DNA of 64,000 nucleotides from Bispira polyomma (Eukaryota): NCBI GenBank assembly GCA_965649765.1, contig OZ287757.1, positions 372,001 to 436,000 of the forward strand, read 5' to 3'. Shown piece by piece: positions 1 to 11,780 of this stretch (position 1 is its first letter; each line of letters starts with the position of its first letter). The notes under the pieces were generated by a model. It saw only the letters and a program-made list of their open reading frames with translations, ran no database searches and was not told where the DNA came from. The position numbers and the translations under genes were made by a program.

Positions 1-125
1 TAGTCCAATGAATATGCAAGACACAATGGAGAAAGTCAGCTGGTTATAATAGTCCAATGGGTCAATAACACATATTAAAGAGGCATCACCTGGTCACTAT
101 AGTCTAATGGGTCAATAACACACAA
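1..125. repeat. Degenerate tandem repeat, ~52-bp period (tagtccaatgggtcaataacac core)
   Basis: Core recurs at ~1, ~50 and ~100. Confidence 0.6.
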
Positions 126-509
126 TAGAGAGGGTCTGCTGCTTATAATAGTGCAATAGCAGATCCCTGCAGTTTCGGAATGGGATAATGGGTCGAAAAA
201 TCGGGATATTGGGTGACCGGGTCATAAATTTAGCTTCTTCCCTCTGTGGGTTTCTGACCCAGTGCATATCATGGTGTCCCTGCCACTCTATCACGAGTCC
301 CAGCGAAGCACAAGTCATTTAGATTGAAATTTAACAACCTCCATAGTTACATGTCAACAAAAAAGTACACCAGTAACTGACATTTATTATGCTTATCTAT
401 ATATGTATACTAGTTTTATTGACACAGTATTACACAGAGGTAAGTAAGAATAATAGAGTGAGAATATAATAATGTACTAATATAAATAGGTATACTGTAT
501 ACAGTGTAT

Positions 510-1001
510 TTAGATATTGTCACTTTTTTCTTCTTCTTCTGGTTATAATATATTTGAATCATTGTCACATGTGTCTGCTCTGCTGACTCTGCTACTTCTG
601 ATAATCCCTTTGAATCATTATCACTTTTGTCTATTTCTTCTTCTACTACTCCTAGTAATCCATTTGGACAGCACACAGACATGTAAAATAATCCTCTTGA
701 TTAGAATGTGAGGAAACTGCATAAAGGTATTCTTCATCGATTTGACCAAAAATATCCAATAATCTGAAACATTGGTCGTATTTTAGAGATATGCCATCTT
801 TCATTGGTAAAGCAAGTCCACCAAACCTAACAAAACGCCTGATCTGCCCACATTTGAAAGAAGATTGGAGATAGACGAATACATTATCCTCGAATGATAT
901 ATAACATTCAGTAACATAGTTCTTATGACAAATTTGTCTAAGTAGACTAGATAACGTGTCCAAATTCTGTTTAACTTTGAATATTTCGTTGAGGTAGACA
1001 T
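510..1001 (-). pseudogene. PC4-like gene remnant (copy of 19146-19739)
   Basis: Translation VFVYLQSSFKCGQIRRFVRFGGLALPMKDGISLKYDQCFRLLDIFGQID; frameshifts and a ~105-bp deletion near the 5' end. Confidence 0.8.
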
Positions 1002-1008
1002 TTTGTAC

Positions 1009-1414
1009 TCAAGCTTTCTCTTGAGAAGGAAACTATTTAAAAAAAGTACAACCTTCACCTGAATAAGGTCTGTGCTTATAGAATACATCCTCAAACGCAT
1101 CCCAAGAGTAAGCACTACATTACATTAAGCACATTTATAGTGATCACCGTTTCCAAGATCATATGAGCCTGCTTTTGCAAACTGTTCTTGTCTAACAGTA
1201 TGACTTTGATTCTATTATCATCAAAATTATAATAATCTGTTGGAGCCCTGTATGTAAAAGAGAATGCAGGAGATTTCTTTGTACTTGAACTGTGACAACC
1301 AGCTCGACTACAACCTTTAATGTCAGCACTTTTGCATGAAGAAGCACTAGAACAAAAAGAAAATCCACCCACAAAACCCTGTTCTGTTGCTTTAATACTA
1401 TGAAATAGATCCAT
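1009..1414 (-). pseudogene. BIR/IAP gene remnant (copy of 19748-20173)
   Basis: The N-terminus (GFVGGFSFCSSASS...YYNFDDNRIK) matches the intact copy; the BIR core is broken by a deletion and frameshifts. Confidence 0.8.
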
Positions 1415-3439
1415 TACTACAATGTTTGTTGTTTAGATAAGTCACGTTATACTTTAATGCTAACAACATATGATACCCAAGGTCTAATTTAATTCAATAT
1501 ATTTATTAGGCAGGGTTTCAAGGGTACGTACAATCAAATCAAACCTTGAGGTTTATAGAATTACAATGGATGATTTTATATTATTGACTCCTTGACTTTG
1601 GTGAACATTTGGTGGGGTTTACCATTTTCACTGTAACATCTTGACTTCTAGACTTTAGCCAACCGCTCGACTTCTTAACTGTTAATAATTTTGAAGCTTT
1701 TACTACGACTTATGAACTTTATATTTCTATGTAAAGACTTTTTCACTTCTATTTTAGCAGAGTGTGAGGTTTACCATAGTCAAATGAGGTACGTAGTAAT
1801 ATATGTAAATATTAAAACTCCTTGCCCAGGTTTAAGCCATTGGCTCTGTATAAACAGCTGTGTTGTCACCATATTGTGATATGAATTTGTGATCTACATA
1901 CTCATTTTATGATTATGTTTACTTGAAGATATGTAAGACTAACAGTATCCGCCATTTAAAGTTCTTCCTTTGAATTATGTCACTCTAACTACTACTTGTG
2001 CTTCAACCAATAACTTAAATAACCATAACTTCGCAAAGTATACCTGAGTTTTAAGGTTTGACAATACAAACAAATGTTATTTAAGTTTTGAAGAAAAAAA
2101 TATAATTAACATAGCAGGCATTTAAGTTTTGAGTTTTTTTAGTAAGTTTACTTTGACTTTATTGAAGTATAGCATTTAGTCAGCGACTTTTTATTATTTA
2201 GGTACAGTATCACATTGAAGGTATTTTAAATATGTAATGGTACCAATGGTACCTAAAACAGCTGCTTACAAACCAATGTGATATTCTACCACAAAATATA
2301 TGGGTATATATTTATGGCAAAGCTCAGGGCATGTACAACGTGTCCAAAGCCAGTGAACTCAGGACACATTTCACAATTAAAAACATGCATATCTGCCAAC
2401 TATAAATAATTAGTTATCTTTCCTTCATTTACAATTCTAAGGCTTTTTATACACAATTTCCTTTTTGATTGATGCCGCCATTATTGCCAACTTTAGGTTA
2501 CTTTGATGACAAAAAACTTCATCTAAACATGAAGGGAGGGGAATCAGTAGCTTTTTGTCTATTAGGCCGTGTGTGTGTCAACAATAGGTGAGGATGAGAT
2601 GTAATTAGCATGGAGTTAACATTGACAAGAGCGGAGGTGCTACTTGTGTGTCTTAAGCTGTTTGTTATGTACATTCTGTAAGTGTTTAGAGTCACATCGT
2701 TTAAATATTTATGTTTACATTATCAGCCTTATATATTTTGCTGTATCACCTCCGACTGATATAGTGAATTGTACCGTTATATATAACCCCTTGGACTGAT
2801 ATAGTGCATTGTACCCTAATATTCAGCTGTTGTTTGGTTTAAATGCTTGCTGTAGTTTTAATTTAACGATTTCATGAACTATAGTAATATCTTGAATGTG
2901 TTATATAGTGATGTTAATACGTGGAACTAATATACTAAATTGGATATACCATGTTATTTCACTTTATGGTTAATTGATACTGGTGCAGTAGTAGTTCCTG
3001 TGGTGATTGAGAAGTATTGATATTTAGGGTGAAAATAATTTATGTTGTAACTAAGGAATAATTTTGCTATGTCTATGTGAAAGTAAAGGATTAATAATTT
3101 ATACAATATTAGTAGTTCCAATTTAATTAAGTGCTAACATCACTTTGTTCTTGTTAGATTATTATGATTTATTTGCAATTTCATTCTTTGACTATTTATG
3201 TTATGTGATATATGTTGTGGCAGTATTAGTAAGTATCTCGTGGATATCATGATTCTGATAGGTTATGTAAATTACTATTTTACTTAATTTGTTTATGTTG
3301 TGGAGTGATGTGTTGTTTTTGTTAATTGTAATATTATTATTTGCCATTGTAAATTTGCATCTGTTATATTTTAACATGGTATTTTGTTGTGGACTTTAAA
3401 ACTGAACTTCAAAAGCGTGTTTACCTCGGTTACATATAG

Positions 3440-3795
3440 CCCTCCCACTGATATAGTACATTGTACCTTCATATACAACCCTCTCCCACTGATATAGTGC
3501 ATTGTACCCTTATATATAACCACTCCGACTGATATATTGCATTGTACCCTCATATATAACCCCTCCCACTGATATAATGCATTGTACCCTAATATAAAAC
3601 CCCTCTCACTGAGATAGTGCATTGTACCCTCATGTAACCACCCACTGATATCATGCATTGTACCCTCATATGTTACCCCTCCAACTGATATAGTCCATTG
3701 TACACTCATATATAGCCCCTCCCACTGATATAGTGCATTGTACCCTCATATATAACTTCAACTACTGATATAGTGCATTGTACCCTCATACATAC
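3440..3795. repeat. ~41-42-bp minisatellite (cccactgatatagtgcattgtaccctcatatataac), ~9 units; two more units at ~2750-2820
   Basis: Tandem units seen directly. Confidence 0.9.
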
Positions 3796-4589
3796 TGTCA
3801 GGTGAACGCTACTCTATATGTAATATGTGGCCAACTGAAGGATGAATATTTGAAATACCAATCACAAAGAAAAAATGGAACAATGTTATTAAATAAAAAT
3901 TCCTTTGGTTTGATAACTAAATAGTGAGAAACAGTCATTGCATTGACCCATGTTAATATAATTTTATATCAGTAATGAAAGTCCGAATTCATACAAATAA
4001 ATACTTTGTGAAATCGTCTGATTGTACATTTATCAACCAAAATGCAAACCATTAGGTATAAACTAATTTCAATTATTTACAACTTTATAAAGCTGAATTT
4101 GAATCTCTATTATTTTCAGATACTGGTGTATCACACTAATCTGTTAATGTATGCTCACAAAACAAAATAGGTAATTTAGGCTTGTATTGATAAAAAGTCA
4201 ACAACTCAAACATAATTCCAATATATAGGTTAACAACCCTAAATATAAGCCAATGCTCTAACGTAAATTAAATACATATTCCAAAGTAAGTATATGCTCA
4301 ATCAATATGTCCTTACTGATAATCCCTGAAAATAAGGATTATATTTAAGTCTGCAAAGTACGGAAGAGTATAAGGGCCAACTTTTTTTTTTTTGTTTTTT
4401 TTTTAATTGTTGAGATAATATCTCGATAAATCGAGATAATTAAGAATTTTTTTTTTTAATTGTCAAGATAATATCTCGATAAATCGAGATAATTAAAAGG
4501 AATTTTTTATAATTGTCACCATGTTAATTGTCTACCATGGAGAAGGAAGGTGTGTGAGTGGCCAACTAAACAGCCAACATGGAAAAGGG

Positions 4590-4970
4590 CACAAACAGTC
4601 ATCGGGTCAAAAGTTAATCAGCAAACAATCATAGAGATCAAAAGTAGTTAATCAGCAAACAGTCATGGGGTCAAAAGTAATTAATCAGGGCAAGACACAA
4701 ACAGTCATAGATGTTAAAAGTAGTTAATTTGGGTGAGACACAAACAGTCACAGGGTCAAAAGTAGTTAATCAGCAAACAGTCATGGGGTCAAAAGTTGTT
4801 AATCAGGGCAAGACACAAACAGTCATAGATGTCAAAAGTAGGTAATTTGGGCGAGACACAGTCATAGAAGTCAAAAGTAGTTAATCGCCAAACAGTCATA
4901 GGTTCAAAAGTAGTTAATCAGGGCAAGATACAAACAGTCATAGCTAGTGTCAAAAGTAGTTAATCAGGCT
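4590..4970. repeat. Minisatellite of alternating ~33/45-bp units (caaacagtcatggggtcaaaagtagttaatcag)
   Basis: Tandem units seen directly. Confidence 0.9.
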
Positions 4971-7769
4971 TTTAACAAAAGTCAATTTAAACAGAGTTGG
5001 CCAGTATTTGTCATTTTATTTACATAAACTCAGTCTACAGGCCCCCAGATATGGAAAGCAAGTGATATGAGATAATGACAAAGAAAAGGCGTATGACACT
5101 TTTGGCACTTTATTCTATCACTAACATCTAATATTTTTTTACTAAAAGGTTAGTCAGGTTAAAACAGTACTAATTACAATTTTAGGTGACCGAGAAGTTA
5201 AGGCCACCTTAACATAATTAAGTTAGCCATGAGTATAGATAACACAGTGACTTTGAGGTCACCTTACTAAACTATAGAGAATTACCATTTTTAATTACTA
5301 AGGGTGACTTAAAGTCACCATATAATGTGAATGACTTTAAGGTTAACATTAACTCTAATAACCATGCTTTTAAGGTTAACTTTAATTAAAAAAAGTAGAA
5401 TGACTTAAGGTCATCTACCTATTATAGCATACTACCAGTAAAGAAGAGACTTAAGTTCATCTTATATTTTGTTTAAGTTACTTGAATCTTTACCAGTAAC
5501 TCAGCAGTTTTAGTTAAGGCAACCTTAAGGGCTACCTTTCAAAATAAACTGCCATTTATATTTAAGGGATTACTTGTAGTATGTACTATATATGTTTTAC
5601 TCATATAATACATTGTATTTACATTGTTTCAATAAAATATTTAAACCATGTGTTAAACTTTAACATGCTAAGTGTTGTAAAGTATGTCTGTAAAATTAAA
5701 TTAGTGGGTTAAGTAGTTTATATTTTACAGAAAGCTTTTTAAATGCAATAAATTTTATGTTTTAAGTTACTGTCCACTATCACTGTCACGTCCGCTAAGC
5801 TGTCCACCCCTTTATATTGTAGATGTTATAAGCCTCAGCAAAATTGAAATGGTGTTTTAATTGAGTAAGTTATAAACTTGGATATACAGTATAAAATAAA
5901 AAACACCCAAAATATTGACGGAAAATGATATCATGTGTTGTTGAATGGCTTAACACATAATATAAATTTACCTGTCAATTTCATGCAGTTGCAAGAAGAT
6001 GTATTGTAGACTATTTCTTCAGCAATACGCATGTTGTTTTTGGGGAAAGTTTAGTCCATGGAACTTTTAGTTGGATATGCTTTTGGTAGCTGTAAAGTGT
6101 TTTTGCTAGTTCAAAATATCATGTACGTATTATGTTACCAAAACATTCAAGCATATATAATAGTTGGAATTTTGGACAAGTATGAAAATTCTAAGCAAAC
6201 TACATTCCTTATTTTAAGAATTAGACTTAATAATCCTTTTGCAATTAGGGCCACTGATATAATTTGCTTTTGTTTACAAATTATACAAGGCTTTTCATGG
6301 TAATTAAGGTAAGTATTTACTTCGCTTGGTGCTCACATGAGAATGAAATTCAGATTTGATAAAAAAATGCTAAACATAAACATAGCAATTTAAAAGATAA
6401 ACCGTTCATTATATATCATAAAATGTTTTGCATTGCATATGTCTGTGAAAAAATTGAGAACAAGTAAAGTGACACATAATAATAAATTTTTTGCACGACC
6501 AGACATACTGTAGTTTTTCTATTTATTTTGCTCTTGATTTATGTTTACATTGTGTACATATTGATTAATTAAGTTTAATTAGATCAAGTATTTAAGGTTT
6601 CTTTTCTCAAAAAAGACTTTTTGTTTAAATGTACCTCCGGTTGTTAAAGAAAACTTAAACAATCAATAATTTAAACATGGAGAACTTGAATGCTTAATGT
6701 CCATAAAAGCAGGTTTTAACGACGTTTTTATATTATGTCTGATTATATTACTTTGCAGTCTTCATTTATTATTGTTATTTTATGTATTTGATAATTGAAC
6801 CTTCAATTTATTGAATTATGAAGCACCCTTTTCGTTTTAAACTTACAATATTGTACAGAAATTGTGTGATGATCACAAGTTGAGACCAAATTTCCAAGTA
6901 AGAGTTTATTAATGAGTTCCTGGAATCCTTTAGAACATATGTAAGGCTTGTGGAGGTAACAGCATATCTATATTTCATCAGTTAAATATATCCCCAGTGT
7001 TTACACAAAAGTAGTAGAAGCCTTTCTACCATATGGTTTTTGTCGTCATTTTTAAAATGAATTATTTTTTTTCTAGATCTACAATATACAATTTAAAAAA
7101 CATTCACAAAATGGACACACACAAAAACTTATTAGACATCAGAAAAATTTATCTATATACAATAACATACAAATTATTGATCACATGTAGAGATATCTAA
7201 GGTATGACATGGCTGTATTATGGCTTGGACATTCTGTGCCTCAAGGCACAGTGACATACAGATTAAGCATTATATTGTCTGGTTAGATTAGATTTAAGAC
7301 AGGCTTTATTAGTATTATATGAGGCATGTATTTGAGGCAGACAATGATTTATTGTGAAGTATGGTTTTACTATTTTTAACATTAGGGTTACAGTATGGTA
7401 TTTTAGTGACATTATAAATTTGGCTCTGTATCAATTTATCTTCTTGAGCTCTAACAGGACAGACTATGTGTACTGATCATGTGACAATACCTCATTTAAA
7501 AGTGTACATGTTACAAAGAGTTCTTGGAACTCTAAAGAACATATTTGAAAAGTCTTTGTTATATATGACATAGCATGATGTCTTGCAAAAAATGATAATA
7601 TATTACCAGAGTTCTTACTACTGTCTGATCCATATGTATGTGTCTGTTTTCACAGATGTTTCTGTGACCCAGACGCCTGTGGGTTTTAAGATAGAGATAA
7701 ACATAATTTCTAGCAATCACTCTCAAAAAGACTTCCACCAACTACATTGTTCTTCTACTAAGACCAAAC

Positions 7770-10700
7770 ATGTTGAAGTCCGAGATTATTTTTAGTCTTC
7801 TTGTGTGTGTTGCTGTGGCCAGATATTTGGACAACCAACCTGCTGAGGTAGAAGGTTTATCAAGGAGTATTCACACTGCAGAGGTGAGCAGAACATGCTT
7901 TTGTCTTCTGGTCTCTCATGGTCTAATGTTTACATAGTTGGGTTCACAAGAAAATATTTTTTGAAAAAAAAAGAAAACTGTTTGTGAATATGATTTTATT
8001 TTACAAGCATGTCATGTATATGATTTATGTTAATTCTTTTCAAAACAGATTTTTTTATTTTATCAACATGCGTTGAACAATACTTTTGGCAAAAATAGGG
8101 ATAAGTATCACTTATAAGTAGGCAACAAATATTTCCGCACTAACAACGGACATATTTTAGAAACTTTATATTATAAACCAAGTTTATATCTCTTGCTAAT
8201 TCAAAAATGCTTGAATTTTTTTACCCCATAAAGTCACTAAACAATTTTATGACTTGTTAATCAAACTGAGACAATATTTGTTGAAGCCTAAAATAACAAT
8301 CTTTGATGTGACACAGGATCATGAATTAAGACCTTTCATGAGACTGGCTTGAAACATGGGTGAGCAATTTTGCTGTTCCTAGTGTCTGATATATATTTTC
8401 AAATCTCTGTAGGCCTAGTGTTTGGTTTATTGTAGAAGTAGACATATCTCCCAGCCAGCACACAGATTAGAATGCAACCTTATTTCGTCCACAAAGAAGT
8501 GTATTGCTAGTGGAATTACAAATGTAACATTGTGTAACAACCCTGTTTAGCCCAGCTGACCAAATTAAGATATAAGTTTCAATGAAGTTGTGTTCAAGTA
8601 GGCAGGTTGCCAGATAACAGATTCATATAGCAAGGTCATTGAGTAAGCTGGGAGTTATTGAAGCCTGGATCAATAAGCTTACAAGATGACTTTTAATTAC
8701 AAATCAAGCACAACAAAATTAACTTCAATATGTATATTATAAATTAAAAGTGTACATATAATTATACAGTAAAATAACCCGAAGACAACAATACAAATGC
8801 ACCAGTTCTGTGCACTGATATAAATTTAAGATCGCTGTGTGTCAGTGGTAAAATATCCAAAACAACACTATACATTCTACAATGTCAGCCTTTTTAATTA
8901 CTTTTTTTTTAGTTCAACAAGCTAGGCCTGACAAAACATACCGCCTGACAAATATTCCACTTATACTCTAATAAACACATAGACCGGCGATGCAAGGCAC
9001 TAAGTTAAACGTGTCTATCTAAGTTATTATTAATTACTATATCTTATAACTGAAATATACCACAAAATGTAAGAACTGTCAAAAACATGAGGTTTTGTTG
9101 ATCAACAAAAAGGGAGGGAAAACCCCCAATCTGACAATAATTAGCAAATAAATAGCAAAACCGTAATTAAATTGGTTAAAAGTTACACACTATATTTGAA
9201 TACATTAATGACATAAATTACGAGATATGGATCAGAAAACAATGAACCGAACCGAAATAAATTAGAATATTATAAGAATAAATCCGAGAAATGGATGTAC
9301 TTTCTCTTGGCCCTAGAACACTGCTGAATAACAACTACACCGAGCCTTATATAGCGACCAAACGGCGACCTTTGGGATGTGAATCGGCTGTTTCCGGAAG
9401 AAAACAAATCTAGAATGCATTACTTGGCTTCCAAAATGGCCCGACCACCGCTCGGAACACACTGCCCTAATAGAAAGCAACACCGACCAGTGTATATAGA
9501 AGGAGATGATGTCATTGCAAGATGCCGAATCTTGCTTCTGAGAAAATGTTATAAAACAGATGAAAATGCTATGAAATTAGTGAATGACAACCTTATTTTG
9601 AAGTAAAATATTAGTATATACCTAACATACCAGCAATTCTGGCTTCATAACTTCCATTATTAAGAGATATATTGGAAGCACGAGTCCCCAAATATACCCG
9701 TGATGTTTGGGTCATCGCAATTGTTTGTGATATTATTATTGTGCTTCATTGATGCTAGGCATCTTCTAAAACCCAACAGCGAAAACAATGAGATAATCGT
9801 GTAGTCAATGGATATCTAAAGTCATTGAAACCTACAGTGTTTCTTGGAAAACACTAATCAAAGGTCAGCTATCTATTTTACTTTACTTTACTCTCAAGAG
9901 CCATACCCAAACACTAAGGTTCATAATTAAATGTTGCCCCAAATTAATATAATGTTATTACTTTATATGATACATCTGTCATTTGGTAACTGTAAAAGTT
10001 GTCGATTTCTAGTTTCTTTAACTGTAAATGATATAATTCCAGTAACCAAATTTAAACAACATGCTTGTTAGATCTGAAGGCTACTTACCTGTCAGATAAA
10101 TTTAGAGTATACAATGTGCAGAACCACCCATATAAATAATTCAATGGCAAATGTTAACGATTTAGCAATCTCCCAAGAATATGTGTTTCCATACTTTTGA
10201 GTATTTCTGTGAAGGAAATGCAGTGTCTAAAAAATTCTTACAATTAAATTGTGAAAACGCTGTTTACTTAAAAAAAATGGTCGACATATAGGCACAAATT
10301 TAATTGCTCAAGACCTATCGCTAATCGCACCTCATATCATGTCAATCACCCATGTTTACCATATGTGACACAAAACTAACTATACAGTCAAAACAATTAA
10401 ATCAATAATTGTCTTGTTTAGTTATTCTCTTCCATTTTTTTTTTTGTTCTTACAAGGGCTGTTTATTTTGTAAAAAATATAATCTCTATTTTCTTACAGG
10501 AATGTAATATCTGTATCTCGTGCTGTTTTCCCGATGAAGTGGCCTGTTGTGATGTGAGTGACATCTACATTGACAAATTTTTATATCAAAATACAACTAC
10601 ATGTAATTTAAATATATATTCAGTACAAATAGGATCCAATTACAGAGAACATGCATTTTAAGTGGTTGTTCAAGCCAATATTTATCTGTCTATACTAGGT

Positions 10701-11055
10701 CATGCCAGTCTGAGATTGAACACTGGTGTTCTATGTCATTAAGGGATGGTGTTACATATTAGCATAGAATGGCAGATTAGACACATATTATGGATATAAT
10801 TTCAAAGTACACCATCCCTATTTTGATCTGTATACACTGGCATTTAATGGTAGGTGGCTGACTCTCCATCAAATAAAAAATAAGCTATGACCGGAAATAA
10901 GCTCATTGTGTTGGACTCTCCCATATTAGCACCTACTATACATCATTGATCCAGCCTCAGTCCGTTTTTGAATCCGTTCATGAATGCAGTTGAATGTGTT
11001 TTCTGTTTTATAGGGTAATGGTAACCTCAGCCAGTGTTTGTCTTGGTTTTATTAG
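7770..11055 (+). CDS. Secreted cysteine-rich prepropeptide, 69 aa; coding exons 7770-7883, 10500-10553, 11014-11055
   Basis: Canonical GT-AG introns, both phase 0. Product MLKSEIIFSLLVCVAVA-RYLDNQPAEVEGLSRSIHTAE/ECNICISCCFPDEVACCD/GNGNLSQCLSWFY*. Hydrophobic signal ends in A-V-A. AATAAA at ~11313. Confidence 0.75.
8533..9719 (-). mobile_element. Solo LTR (Gypsy-like) in intron 1 of the peptide gene
   Basis: TG...CA ends with an imperfect inverted repeat (tgtaacaaccc / gggtcatcgca) and a 4-bp TSD ATTG (8529-8532, 9720-9723). TATA-like motif on the minus strand at ~9345-9354. Confidence 0.65.
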
Positions 11056-11780
11056 ATCTACTAGCAAATTAATGGACTCGCAAAGGTACCCAAAGTTTTT
11101 AAATTTATTAACTCAAATGAAGTCACTGAAAACCCTCACTACTGTGACAAAATATGTTTTATTGATACAGGCAATAATGTTTAGTCTTTCTGGTAACATA
11201 AAATTTAATTGTATGAAAGTTTCAATATGAATGGAAGTATTTTAATACATGGCCTGGAATTGACGATTGAAGGAAACAGTAAACTCAACCACATGACGCC
11301 ATAATTGATGTAAATAAAAGTCACATTGTTGAGTATAAGCACTGTAGTGTAAATCTACTCGTTCAACAATAGAATGCCACCATCAATGTAGGTTTTCTTT
11401 TTAGCACCTCAAAATTTAAAACAATATTTTTTTCAATAACTCATATTTCCGAGTGAAAATATGAAAATGAAATATTGATATACTAATTTTTTTTTTTTTT
11501 TTATAATTTAGTTTATTCCCCACCCCGCTGTGGTTTTAACAATATTTCACATCTTGCAGGATGTATTTTTACGTATATAACATACATTTACAATCCTAAA
11601 TTACTCATAAATACACTTACATTAATAGGACCACTATACATTCGGGTCCCAGGCATTTTTTAACCGATATAACATTCATTTACAATCCTAAATTACTCGA
11701 AAATACATCAAAAGGGGGAAATAATTTTTTTTTTACAAAAAAAAAGGAAACGCACAATTACTGCACTGACAAATTACAGA

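Larger units (their letters stand above)
321..1790 (-). mobile_element. Decayed fragment of a Polinton/Maverick-like element related to the one at 14775-21434
   Basis: Collinear with 18861-~20420: ATPase 5' end (MEVVKFQS), intergenic region, PC4-like gene, BIR gene and upstream region. The right boundary is approximate. Confidence 0.85.

Noticed and set aside
3371-3709. 112-aa ORF and a CRISPR-like look of regular repeats
   Set aside because: Contiguous minisatellite with no unique spacers, in eukaryotic DNA; the ORF is a repeat artefact.
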